Notes: generated from the letters alone by a model not told the origin. Counted from the stretch's first letter, positions 24,019 through 36,897 are shown. The stretch is 64,000 bases of DNA from Octopus sinensis (GCF_006345805.1 NC_042998.1:128154001-128218000), one strand, 5' to 3'. A program made the numbers and translations.

Positions 24019-26470
24019 AGAAAGTTTGTTTGGTAAAGCACGTGGGTGAATATATAAGAAAATAGTAAAGTGTGAAAAAACGACAGAAGGCTTAAATGTT
24101 AAAAAATATATATATTTGTGTCAAAATGTCTGGAGAATATTGGAAAAATTTTTTTCCTTTCCTTAAAATGACATAATTTTAAAATTTTTAAAGAAATTTA
24201 TGTATAGTATGGTAGGGGAAGTTCTCAATGTGGTTACAGAATTCGTCAAGATCTTTATTCTTCCTCTGTGTGGGATGTGTTCACTTTTGTTCTTGACAAG
24301 TGATTCATCTTCAGTATTGAAACTGTTTGATGCTTCTGCTAGTCTTAATTTTCTGCAAAATTCTGTTATATTATCCTTGAGTTCATTTAGGTTTGCTCTG
24401 CGTGGAGTTGGTGTAAATTTGAGCCCTTTTGCGAGGATGTCAATTTTTATGTTAGAAAGAGGTTTGGTTGAAAGATTGATTATCTTCGGTTTTTCCTTAT
24501 TACTAGGTTCCAGCCTGTGTCCTGGTGTCCCTGGTCCCTGGCTAAAAAATGTTGGGTGTAATTTTGTTTGTATGAGTTGTCTGTGAGGTTGTGTGGTATT
24601 GGTCGGGGGAGTGGTGGTATTGTTGCCTCCGATCGTTGTGTGTGTGTGGGAATCTATGGTTGTTAATGCTTGTGGTGTGTGTAAAATTTCTGTATGGGGA
24701 ATATTTTTGTTTCGAACTTCTTGTATGTGGGATGTTGCTTGACATAGTGTTTCTTTGCGTTTGTCTTGTGTTTAGTGGGGACCAGTAGTTTTGGTTCATG
24801 GGGTAGTAGTGATTTGTGTGTGGTGTATTTCTTATCCTAGTGTCGTATGTGCTGTATGGTGGTTGGGTCTGGTATTATGATGTTGTTGGTTTGTTCTGTT
24901 TTTGGTGTAATTTCTTTCATAGACGCGTCCTCTTTCAGCTAGTTCCCTGTTAGGTCTAGCGTGGTTTGTAGAGGTTGGTTGTGGGTGATTTCTGTTTTTA
25001 GTGTATGGAGGATGGATAGTGGGGGTTGTTCGTGGGTTGTTAGGTTTTTCTTTTTTATTTATTGTATTTTCTTAAGGAGGGATTATTTGTACCCAATTCA
25101 TTTTTGAAGGTTTCACTATATTTTTGGAAGAAGTCCATGTTTTTCTCCCAGCGTAGGAGAGATTTCTCTCTTCTCTCTCACAGGAATCCTTCCAGTGATC
25201 CAATGTATTATCGAGGGGTTGTCCCTCGGTATATTTTAGTATTTGATTGTGCATCTCCTCGTCTATGCTTTTAAGTTTTTCTTCATTTGTGGAGGCCCTG
25301 AGTCTTAGAAGCTCTATTTCTGATTTAAAATTGAACAGAGCTGACTTTTCTCTAATAGATCTCTGTCCGTCAGGCTCGTTAGGAATTAATTTTATCTGGA
25401 ATTTGCGTGGGAGGATAATTGGTGTTGAGTTTATCCATCCCTCGTAGATATCTGCTTTGTTGGAATTTTTATCATGTTCCAGAAGGTGAGTTTTCTGTTG
25501 TGCAGGTTTGTATTCCAAACGTTTCCTATTTTTCTTTTTGTTGGGTTGGTTTGGGTGCGTATGGTATCCTGCTGTGTTTCATTAGGTGCCTGTGTATTAT
25601 TTTCGGATTTGTTGATGAAAATTGAGTTCAGTGTTGTACACAAATCACTACTACCCCATGAACCAAAACTACTGGTCCCCACTAAACACAAGACAAACGC
25701 AAAGAAACACTATGTCAAGCAACATCCCACATACAAGAAGTTCGAAACAAAAATATTCCCCATACAGAAATTTTACACACACCACAAGCATTAACAACCA
25801 TAGATTCCCACACACACACAACGATCGGAGGCAACAATACCACCACTCCCCCGACCAAATACCACACAACCTCACAGACAACTCATACAAACAAAATTAC
25901 ACCCAACATTTTTTAGCCAGGGACCAGGGACACCAGGACACAGGCTGGAACCTAGTAATAAGGAAAAACCGAAGATAATCAATCTTTCAACCAAACCTCT
26001 TTCTAACATAAAAATTGACATCCTCGCAAAAGGGCTCAAATTTACACCAACTCCACGCAGAGCAAACCTAAATGAACTCAAGGATAATATAACAGAATTT
26101 TGCAGAAAATTAAGACTAGCAGAAGCATCAAACAGTTTCAATACTGAAGATGAATCACTTGTCAAGAACAAAAGTGAACACATCCCACACAGAGGAAGAA
26201 ATAAAGATCTTGACGAATTCTGTAACCACATTGAGAACTTCCCCTACCATACTATACATAAATTTCTTTAAAAATTTTAAAATTATGTCATTTTAAGGAA
26301 AGGAAAAAAATTTTTCCAATATTCTCCAGACATTTTGACACAAATATATATATTTTTTAACATTTAAGCCTTCTGTCGTTTTTTCACACTTTACTATTTT
26401 CTTATATATTCACCCACGTGCTTTACCAAACAAACTTTCTTATCTATATATTAAACACGCGAGAACGAAA

Positions 26471-27826
26471 ATGCCACAGAAGTCAAACACCTCGGACAAA
26501 ACCTTAAATGAGGACATACTCAAAGAACTGAAAAATATTAATTCACAGCTTCTTAACCTGAACAACAAAATCGAGGAATCAAACTTACTCGCCCGGGAAA
26601 GTAAAAGCAATGAAGATGCAACCCGTTACACTGACCAGGTGAGTAAGGATCTACAACTGTTATATACAACACTGAACTCAATTTTCATCAACAAATCCGA
26701 AAATAATACACAGGCACCTAATGAAACACAGCAGGATACCATACGCACCCAAACCAACCCAACAAAAAGAAAAATAGGAAACGTTTGGAATACAAACCTG
26801 CACAACAGAAAACTCACCTTCTGGAACATGATAAAAAATTCCAACAAAGCAGATATCTACGAGGGATGGATAAACTCAACACCAATTATCCTCCCACGCA
26901 AATTCCAGATAAAATTAATTCCTAACGAGCCTGACGGACAGAGATCTATTAGAGAAAAGTCAGCTCTGTTCAATTTTAAATCAGAAATAGAGCTTCTAAG
27001 ACTCAGGGCCTCCACAAATGAAGAAAAACTTAAAAGCATAGACGAGGAGATGCACAATCAAATACTAAAATATACCGAGGGACAACCCCTCGATAATACA
27101 TTGGATCACTGGAAGGATTCCTGTGAGAGAGAAGAGAGAAATTCTCTCCTACGCTGGGAGAAAAACATGGACTTCTTCCAAAAATATAGTGAAACCTTCA
27201 AAAATGAATTGGGTACAAATAATCCCTTCCTTAAGAAAATTACAATAAATAAAAATGAAAAACCTAACAACCCACGAACAACCCCCAACTATCCTCCATA
27301 CACTAAAAACAGAAATCACCCACAACCAACCTCTACAAACCACGCTAGACCTAACAGGGAACTAGCTGAAAGAGGACGCGTCTATGAAAGAAATTACACC
27401 AAAAACAGAACAAACCAACAACATCATAATACCAGACCCAACCACCATACAGCACAATACGACACTAGGATAAGAAATACACCACACACAAATCACTACT
27501 ACCCCATGAACCAAAACTACTGGTCCCCACTAAACACAAGACAAACGCAAAGAAACACTATGTCAAGCAACATCCCACATACAAGAAGTTCGAAACAAAA
27601 ATATTCCCCATACAGAAATTTTACACACACCACAAGCATTAACAACCATAGATTCCCACACACACACAACGATCGGAGGCAACAATACCACCACTCCCCC
27701 GACCAAATACCACACAACCTCACAGACAACTCATACAAACAAAATTACACCCAACATTTTTTAGCCAGGGACCAGGGACACCAGGACACAGGCTGGAACC
27801 TAGTAATAAGGAAAAACCGAAGATAA
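26471..27826 (+). CDS. 451-aa PLE ORF1-like protein (predicted coiled-coil N-terminus, W-rich helical core, N/T/H/P/Q-rich tail)
   Basis: Uninterrupted ATG-to-TAA ORF, overlapped at its 3' end by the -1 frame encoding the PLE KGLKFTPTP region. A similar low-complexity tail and junction occur in the PLE at 5600-5900. Confidence 0.8.
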   Translation: MPQKSNTSDKTLNEDILKELKNINSQLLNLNNKIEESNLLARESKSNEDATRYTDQVSKDLQLLYTTLNSIFINKSENNTQAPNETQQDTIRTQTNPTKRKIGNVWNTNLHNRKLTFWNMIKNSNKADIYEGWINSTPIILPRKFQIKLIPNEPDGQRSIREKSALFNFKSEIELLRLRASTNEEKLKSIDEEMHNQILKYTEGQPLDNTLDHWKDSCEREERNSLLRWEKNMDFFQKYSETFKNELGTNNPFLKKITINKNEKPNNPRTTPNYPPYTKNRNHPQPTSTNHARPNRELAERGRVYERNYTKNRTNQQHHNTRPNHHTAQYDTRIRNTPHTNHYYPMNQNYWSPLNTRQTQRNTMSSNIPHTRSSKQKYSPYRNFTHTTSINNHRFPHTHNDRRQQYHHSPDQIPHNLTDNSYKQNYTQHFLARDQGHQDTGWNLVIRKNRR

Positions 27827-28119
27827 TCAATCTTTCAACCAAACCTCTTTCTAACATAAAAATTGACATCCTCGCAAAAGGGCTCAAATTTACACCAACT
27901 CCACGCAGAGCAAACCTAAATGAACTCAAGGATAATATAACAGAATTTTGCAGAAAATTAAGACTAGCAGAAGCATCAAACAGTTTCAATACTGAAGATG
28001 AATCACTTGTCAAGAACAAAAGTGAACACATCCCACACAGAGGAAGAAATAAAGATCTTGACGAATTCTGTAACCACATTGAGAACTTCCCCTACCATAC
28101 TATACATAAATTTCTTTAA
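27757..28119 (+). CDS. -1 frame continuation (PLE RT N-terminal extension), truncated by deletion; entered at slippery heptamer TTTTTTA 27757-27763
   Basis: FFSQGPGTPGHRLEPSNKEKPKIINLSTKPLSNIKIDILAKGLKFTPTPRRANLNELKDNITEFCRKLRL...; no ATG in this frame after the TAG at 27649. Confidence 0.75.
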   Translation, partial: FFSQGPGTPGHRLEPSNKEKPKIINLSTKPLSNIKIDILAKGLKFTPTPRRANLNELKDNITEFCRKLRLAEASNSFNTEDESLVKNKSEHIPHRGRNKDLDEFCNHIENFPYHTIHKFL

Positions 28120-28247
28120 AAATTTTAAAATTATGTCATTTTAAGGAAAGGAAAAAAATTTTTCCAATATTCTCCAGACATTTTGACACAAATATATATA
28201 TTTTTTAACATTTAAGCCTTCTGTCGTTTTTTCACACTTTATATTTT

Positions 28248-28286
<39 letters not shown>

Positions 28287-30829
28287 TAAGGAGACACATG
28301 AGCACAAAAAGAAAATGCAGGAGGATATATATATATATATATATATACAAATATATATGCATACACATATATAAATTTTTGTCTCCCATTGTACGTCTTG
28401 TATACATATACTGTATATATACAAGTGTGTATGGGTGTTTGTAAGATGGAAAATATAGTGAGTGGATATATTAAGATAAAGGAAAGAACTCAAAGAAAGT
28501 AGTCACCTCAGCATTTTAAAATCTTCTGCGAAATATCTTTTGTTAGTTTTAAAGTCCACAGATATATCTCTTATAATCTTAAAATGATGTGTTTGTGCAT
28601 CACTTTTGGCGAAGTCAAAAGCTTCTCTAACTCATACTACACTGACGGCTCTTGCTCCTACTACCTCTCTTACGACTACCTTCCTCTCAGTCAGCCTTTC
28701 TCCCGACACCTTTGATCCTGCACCACACAAGCTTAAGTTTCTTTAAGCCATATTTAAGAGAGAAAGAACGTATGATTTTGTGGTAGACAAAAAGAATAAA
28801 GTGCATGAGGAAAAGTGTGAGAGAGACAGAAGAAAAAAAGACAGTAAAACAGTAATATATGTCCGTATTTGGCAGAAAGAGAAACAATAAGAAAATTAGG
28901 GAATAAAATAGAAAACGTAACAGAGAACGATAAGGAAAAAACGAAAAGCCGAGAAAGAGAGTGCGGGTGTGAAATATAAAATGGAACATAATAATCTGTG
29001 CATGATCATACATAAATGCTACCGAAATGTACTACTTATGACCACATGAAAATATATGGTCGCACTAAATAAATATACAAGAAGAATTAGATCATGTGAC
29101 GCCGCCGCAGACACCAGAATAAATTCATTTTCAAGCATGATTTGAGATCCAAAGAGAATTAACTAGATAAGATACGCAGCAAGACACAAACGCATACAAA
29201 CATACATGCACACACGCACACATGCACGCACGTACAGGCGCGCAAGCGCACACGTTAGAAAAGATAGCTCCAACAACAATCGTACACAAATGATCGATCA
29301 AAATTAAACATATACAAAGCCAAATCAAAGGCAAGCCATAAACAAAACATATGCTCACCAAAAATTTGAAGATCGGCGAAAATCGAACGTTAAACAAACG
29401 ATGCAAATAAAACATACAATATACCACATGTATACATAAACACATTGATAAATCGAAACAATCCTTCGTCAAAACACACACACACACACACACAAAGAAA
29501 CATATTGAATTCTATATCTTAATCCACGAGATAAAAGCATATTTTGTCCGCGGCACACTTATTCATAACCACGAAATACCACTCAGATACTCACAAACAA
29601 CTCCGTAAAAAAACATGTCCTTAATTAGTTTTACAGTTAAATTCACAAAACCCACGGACAGAAGCAAATAAGTCAATAATATTCTTTGACTTTGATCAAA
29701 ACAAAAGTCTCACCAACAAAACCAACTGATTATGACGTAAATATTCACAAACACAATAGGATGTACACCAAAATGAACTTGACCAAACACAAAAAAAAAC
29801 TTAATTAAAATGAGAGTTAAATCCTGTAAATATACCACCTAATAAAAATAAAGCAACAAAAATTAAAAACACACCCTCACCCACCCACCTCAACAAAATG
29901 ACCAACGACGAGACAGAAACTGTATGAAGTAAATCAATTAACGGACACGGCTAAGAACTCACACTCGTGCTCAATGAATATAAATAAACAAACCGCCGAA
30001 GCGAGTTGTAACACATCTCACCCGTAGATCGCAGCCATGAAACAATTTCAATAGACCATGGAGGGGAAGGAGGATATGTAGGCAGTTCTATATCAAAGGC
30101 TTCCTGTGGAGAGTAGCTCACATAGATTCATTTAAATCGATTTCCCTTTTTGTTGTCGATACGTTATTAATTTCAAGTAAACCTAGGAGGTATGAAGGAT
30201 TTAATCAATTAGCAGATAATTTAGAATTTAGAGCCGTTCGTTCATAACGTCTAACGTTCATGTACGAAAGTCTGCTACCATTGATCACTTTCGGGCCATC
30301 ACAAAACCCCGTTCCTTTCTGAATAAAAAATGATTCATAGGAATGTTGTTTACGTCTAGTATTTTGTTTGCTTTAGGCACATAAGGGGTAAGTCTAGCAC
30401 GAGCTAAAATGTCGATTTATAGCAGGTAACTTTTCTTGACGGAAAGGACAGAAATTCACAACACATAAAAAAATGCAATCTTTTGTTCATAGAGCTGTTA
30501 CAACTGTAAAAGTAACTATCCCACCAACCACCTTTCGTCCAGTTCAGCTCACTAATTACGCAAATCTTAATCTCTGCTCATAGAGAAAGAGTAAAAAACA
30601 AAAAAAAAGAACAAAGAATACATTGACTTGGTAGCTGAAGGTTGAGTGTTTTGGGGTAAAGAATACGACGCAACTTGGGTAACAGGATACGAACTGCCGC
30701 CTTTTCAACTATTTGCTATTAAGGTTTAGTGAGGTTTGAGGAAGATTTGCCAAGCTCTCTTGCGCTTATGTTGAGTTCACTTCGTTTTTAATGCGTAATT
30801 GTACATCTACAAAAAATATACTAGCACGA

Positions 30830-31200
30830 GTGAATTTAAGATTTTTAATGTATTGGATAAATTGAATAGTCTCGCTACTGCAAGGTATGGGTAATGACAC
30901 TCAGTAGAGCTAATGAGAAGAAGTGAGACGATGTCTTGGATGAGCTTGGGTGGAGGTAGTTGGCAACAAAATGGTTCAGGGGACGGAGCTGAGGTTATCA
31001 AAGGATTGACAGAATAAGAAGCGGAGGAAAGCAGTACGTCCATGGGTCAGAAAGTATAGTGTTGTTGAAGAGCCTTTGCCAATTTGTCTTAGGTTTGTGT
31101 TGATATAAGCAACAGCATTTCATAGAAGTAAGAGTAACGCACCATTCTGGGCCTTATTTGAGCTGCCTTTTCAGTACCTAATTGGATCGACCATCTGCGT
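30830..31200 (-). mobile_element. Highly decayed CR1/L2-group LINE 3' fragment
   Basis: Manual translation shows AQIRPRM and later CCQLPPP..., resembling the C-terminal RT region of CR1-group LINEs. Confidence 0.45.
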
Positions 31201-32539
31201 CCTCTAGAAATATTCATGTAATGCGAACTCGTATACTCACACGCCAACCCGTATGCTTATACATATGTATTGATATACAAATACACACACACACACACAT
31301 ATTATACTAGTGTATACCCTTACCTCTCTAAGCGTATACATTCGTACATACATACGCTACCATTCACATGCCTATATACACAAATACAAATGTATAACGA
31401 ATGCTGTATACACATATACATATAGATAGATAAGAACGTAGATTTACATATACATATGTATATATACATGCTTGCATACATATCATTTAAATTAAGTAAA
31501 GACAAAAGATTACTGTTTTCTGTCAAATATTTTTCAATATCATTTTTTAAATAAGATTTAACAACGTCTGTATAGTTTTGTAATTTGTGAAAATATTGAC
31601 GTGCCACTGAATCGTACAATTAATATTGATTTCATGAACAATTTCTTGCTTTGAGACAGACATTTCTAATGAATAATGTGTTTGTTACATTGCCAGTTAC
31701 TTGCCTCCTACTCTGTACACCATTGAATACAAAGACACATATACGCCTTCAAGGCTATGTTCCAGAAAAAAAAAAGCTATTCATCTGATAGCCTTCACTA
31801 ACCAACACTCTACAACCACTGACCTTCCGTCTTCTGTCTATTCAAACGCTATTATAATGTTCTGACTGTCTGAATGGTTTCTATAGAAATATTCACATTA
31901 TCTCCTTTTCAACTTTTCAGTTCTAGTCGAATAAAAGCCGATCTCGTGTAAGAGTCGGCTACTTTGTATATCTAAAAATTTGAATCTTTCCATGTATCTT
32001 GTCTAAAACACAACCCCAGTTTTTTATTGGTAACAGAGCAACATTTGTTGATTAAGGTATTAACCTAAGTATAAATGAACTGTATTATTCGATTCAATGT
32101 ATAATTCGCAAAGCAGGACATGAGGTTACAGCTTTCTCCAGTTTATTATTGAAGAAGCATTGCGATTAATGTCGTATAGTTACTGTGATGTAAATACATC
32201 AAACCATCACTTCTTACGAGACTATATGCATTACCAATATAATACACAATAATTGCCATTTTGCTGGATGGCTGGTACTTTATCATTACATAATGTCTCA
32301 CCAACTTATAGTTTCTAGATGTAAATATGGCTATGATGGGCTATAACAAACGTGGTCATATAAGAGAAAAATGACGTCACGATTGCCAGTTTACCGATCA
32401 TTATTTCTATCAGCTACAATAATCGGATCGCCTGTATAAAAGTCATGTCGAAGCCAGGTTACAATCTCACTGCAAGTTCCCTTATAGGACTTACGAAATA
32501 CGGTCGTGTAGTTCCCGTCATTTTCTGAGAAAATGCCTA

Positions 32540-33300
32540 CCCGGTAAACAACTATTATACAGCATTATTCAAACTGCAAGTTATTGTTGTTGCCAAGAAA
32601 AGCAGATAAATAATTGCGTAGCAGTAAGAGTATTTAATGTTTTAGAGAAAGTAGTCAGAGACTGGAGAAAGCGAAAATCAAAGTTTGTTGACAGAGATCA
32701 GCTTTACAAGTGGCCACAATTGAAGAAGACTGTTGTCGAGTGAGTACTTGGAATTTGTGAACATATATAATTAACGGGGCATCTGAATCTTTGCTCAAAA
32801 GAAATCAATAAATGACTTGTTTCTTAAGGTAGGTGATGGATGATGCACAAGATTCACAAGGTTTACTTACCACTTCAGCAATGAACAAAGAATGCAGAAA
32901 AGATGCCTGCAGATCTAAGTGATAAGATACTAGCATTTCATCAATTTGTGGGTAGAATTCGACAGAACGGAATCTACAAGCTATCATACATTGAAAAGGT
33001 GACTGGAACATTTCCTAATCTTGATGTTCCAGAGAAGCTGTGAACCAAACAGGAATCTACTGAACATGGAAAAAGAGTTTTAGTATGGTTCTTTCTAGTA
33101 TGGTTTGATGGGCATAAATTGGGTTTTTTGAGAACAACTATTCCATACGGAAATTTTCCAGAGAAATTGTACATTCCTAAACACAAAGTAGTTGGGGAAA
33201 ATAAAGATTTTAATTAACAACCATGTGGACTACGGAGTTGGATCCATTCAGGGCATATCTAATGAAGAGTGTTGGTGAAAATGTCTTAGGACAAGACACT
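32540..33300 (+). mobile_element. Decayed pogo-like transposase (Brinker DBD + CENP-B HTH + DDE remnants)
   Basis: LQVIVVAKK..NNCVAVRVFNVLEKVVRDWRKRK; KWPQLKKTVVE; FDGHKL..RTTIPYGNFP; DPFRAYL. Confidence 0.65.
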
Positions 33301-33805
33301 GACTAAGCGTTAATTCATTTTTATTCACTGCTTTTATCACTTTTTAATAAATAATTTAATATACATACATAATTAGGAAAAAGTCGGCGCTCCTATATAT
33401 TAATATAATGAGTGTCACTCAAAAAAGGTAATCGACTGAATGGGGAGAGATTCAAGTGAAACAGATAGCAAAATTATTTGGAAAAGCTTCAGACTCATCT
33501 CTATTTAATAGGATGTGTACTTTGCTGTGTACTCTGGATAATTATAAGCATCAAAACAGTAATTCATTATTTTCCTTTGTTCATTTAATATCATTTGGGT
33601 ATGCTTCTGATACGGTACTTTGGATTGTACCTTGAATTTCAGGCCCTCATCAACCGTATCCGTATCCCTGAAATTTTCCAAAACAAAAAACTGGTCAGAA
33701 AAATTCAGCTTCACACAAGGGTCTGTATATACATACATAGAAAGAAAGATATATGTATACACACACATATAAATGCGTGTGTGTGTATGTATAAATAAAA
33801 TTAAT

Positions 33806-33854
<49 letters not shown>

Positions 33855-33987
33855 GTAAACAGCAGGCTGCAATGTTTCCCAAAACGGAGAATTATAATTG
33901 TCACTAGATGTAACCAGGATGTTAGCATTTTAGCTCTTATTTCTAGCAATGTGGGTGTTTTATCACCCTAGTTACATTTATGGACAG

Positions 33988-34102
<115 letters not shown>

Positions 34103-34462
34103 TTAAATCTCCCTCATCTGTTAATAAACTTCTTGAAAAAACATCACCTTAGAGCGTCCTATTCGTCCATACCCAAACCTTCGACAGATCAACAAGCAAC
34201 TATCTGTCTGAAAAGACAATAGGAATTTAGTGTTAAGTTAACTAAGAAGTTCGACAGAAGCTAAGAATTTATCGAAACTTCTATATGTATAATGAGTAAT
34301 TCAATATATACATATATAATTAGGAATCTCATAGACATGCATAATTAGAAATTTAAAATATAAGTAATCAAATTAATAAAAAGAAATGCAGTTGATCGAA
34401 ATAATCAATGCAAAAACAGAATAAACCAAATATCTGCATGGCTGTTCATACAAGATGGAAGG

Positions 34463-34513
<51 letters not shown>

Positions 34514-34719
34514 ATGTGTGTGCGTGTGTGTGTGTGAGAGAGAGACAGAGAGTAGTAAATTGTGGCAAACATGTTGAACAGCTTTTTTCTAGCATAATTT
34601 CGTACCACCTATATGAACACCTATCAGGAAATGAAGAACAAGTAGTTTTACTAGTCGAGTAGTACAGAGGTGAGAATCTGATCTAACATCATGAATATTT
34701 GTTTCAAATTTTGGGTACA

Positions 34720-35095
34720 CAGCCATCAACCTCGCGGGAGGGGTGAAATTCGATTACATCGAACCCAGTAGTCACCAGATACGTATTTTATCGACTACGA
34801 AAGAATGGAAGGCAAAGTCGACCTCGGCGGAATTTGAACTCAGAACATAAAGGCAAACGAAATACCTATTTCCAAACTATCCACAAGGGGCTAAACACAG
34901 AGGGGACAAACAAGGACAGACAAACGGATTGGGTCGATTATATTGACCCCAGTGCGTAACTGGTACTTAATTTATCGACCCCGAAAGGATGAAAGGCAAA
35001 GTCGACCTCGGCAGAATTTGAACTCAGAACGTAACGGCAGACGAAATACCGCTAAGCATTTCGCCCGGCGTGCTAACGTTTCTGCCACCTCGCCA
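34720..35095 (-). mobile_element. SINE family B, one full and one partial copy
   Basis: Minus-strand head GGCGAGGTGGCAGAAACGTTAGCACGCCGGGCGAAATGCTTAGCGG and shared core. Confidence 0.85.
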
Positions 35096-35377
35096 TTGTG
35101 AAGAATATTTTATTTTGCGTTAATAAACACTGGTAGTTTGACAGTGACTCCCGATTCGAGTAAAATATTAAACTGCAGTTCATGCTGTGGTCTGTCATTT
35201 TCTTAAAACAATATTAAGGAAATTACTCAAAATAAGAACATCTATGATAGTCACCTGGTCTACTAAAAGACACCTTGAATATTGTGGTCTTCAATATACA
35301 AAAAGAAGGAATAGTCACTGATGAACAGTGTTGAATCTAAATCTTTTCAGTCAGTGCTGATCTAAGGCTAAAAAATA

Positions 35378-36897
35378 TGTAGGGAAAACGACCGTACGTA
35401 AGGAGTTGGTGACAGAAATGTCTCCTTTTAAACGCCGCACGATCTCCCTAACAAAAGAAGAAGCCAAAATACATGGTATAAAAGAATAAGTGCCAAAAGG
35501 AATAATGAGGACGACAACCGTTCTACTGTTTGAGAGAAGAAGACTTTATTTACAGATGTGTACAATAAGATAAAGTATGGGTGCTTGCAAAGTGGAGTGT
35601 CTGGGTGCGTGCACATGTGTGTCTGTGTGTCCGTTGTAAGTATAACAACGGTGCGTGTAACAAGTGTTTGTGTCTGTATATTCGTGTGTGCGACAGAAGT
35701 ACAAACAAGGTGTATGCGTATGTGAGACAGAATACAATACAAAGCATAGAATGAGTCTTTCGGGATATTTTAGACAAGATGGAGTTAATTTACCAGTTCG
35801 TAGTAAAGTTACACAATAGTAATAGTTTTGTAACAGGATGTTGGGGTCACAAGGCAGAATGCCGGTTGAACACATGTCGTGTAGTGGTTGGGGCTTCAAT
35901 GCTGTGCCAGGTTACATTGGTACAGAAGATCTCGCAGGTAGTGCTGTGCTGTTAACCTTGGTGAATATCACAACAGCGTGTAGGCTAAACCTGAGCGAGT
36001 TGCTGTGTACATATTGGTTTTGCTGGAGATGAAGGCGACGGAGGTGGAGAACGGTGACGGTTGAGATGATGGCGTCGGCGCTGCTGGAGCAGGAACGTGG
36101 CTGGGTCGCTGGAACTAGCTGGTATGGTCGTCGCTGAAACATGGAACTGGCTTAGTCACTATGTGGTCAGAGGTTAGTCCTGAGAAGGACTAGAACCTAA
36201 GACAGTGTTGCTGGAACATGGTTGAGTCGCTCTGTGGTCAGAGGTTAGTCCTGAGAAGGACAAGAACCAAAGACGAGAAATAGTGATTTGCTGGCGCCCT
36301 TCATAACCGACGGTGGGCTCCAGTAAGAACCCAAAAAGACTGTGTCATGAGACCTTACCCGAAGGCCGTGATTGGTTGGCTTACACACTGGCGCGAAATA
36401 AGTCAAGAGACAAACTGCACCAATGTCAACCAATCAGAGCAGTGGACACAACGGGGTCAAAACAGCCGAAGATGGTTGCTATCTAACACGAGATCATTTC
36501 TAATATATCTCTCAAACAGTGAGGACATCACCTAGATACGCTACAGAGTCCCCCATCAGACGTTTTGTCGTAGACAAAACGGCGATAAAATGGATATTCT
36601 GCAGCGAAGAGGTGATCTCCGAACGGTTGGTCACATAAACTGGCACTAGGTCACCAATTGGGACGTTCGAGTGAACGTAAGACCACTGAGTATAATAATA
36701 GCTGCATGACTGAAAACGAGGGGTCACCAGTGTAGGGAAAACGACCGTACGTAAGGAGTTGGTGACAGAAATGTCTCCTTTTTAACGCCGCACGGTTGCC
36801 CTAACAAAAGAAGAATAGCCGAAGATTTTGCTATCTAACACGAGATCATTTCTAATATATTTCTCAAACAGTGAGGACATCACCTAGCTATGCTACA
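35378..36897 (-). mobile_element. Non-autonomous Ty3/Gypsy-type LTR element (TRIM-like) with one full and one internally deleted LTR
   Basis: LTRs 36731-36897 and 35378-36545, both TGTA...TACA; PBS TGGTGACCCC (tRNA-Trp type) at 36720-36729; purine tract GATGGGG before the second LTR; 4-bp TSD AATA (35374-77 and 36898-901). Confidence 0.88.

Larger units (their letters stand above)
24018..28250. mobile_element. RT-less PLE derivative in an inverted + partial-tandem array
   Basis: 24018-25638 is the reverse complement of 26665-28240 plus 26391-26441; 25639-26390 directly repeats 27487-28240; both outer ends abut (TA)n. Confidence 0.9.

Noticed and set aside
24200-28079. ORFs 24200, 24591, 25474, 25872, 26626, 26857, 27517, 27720 and similar
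   Set aside because: Antisense or alternative-frame shadows of the duplicated PLE ORF; not independent genes.
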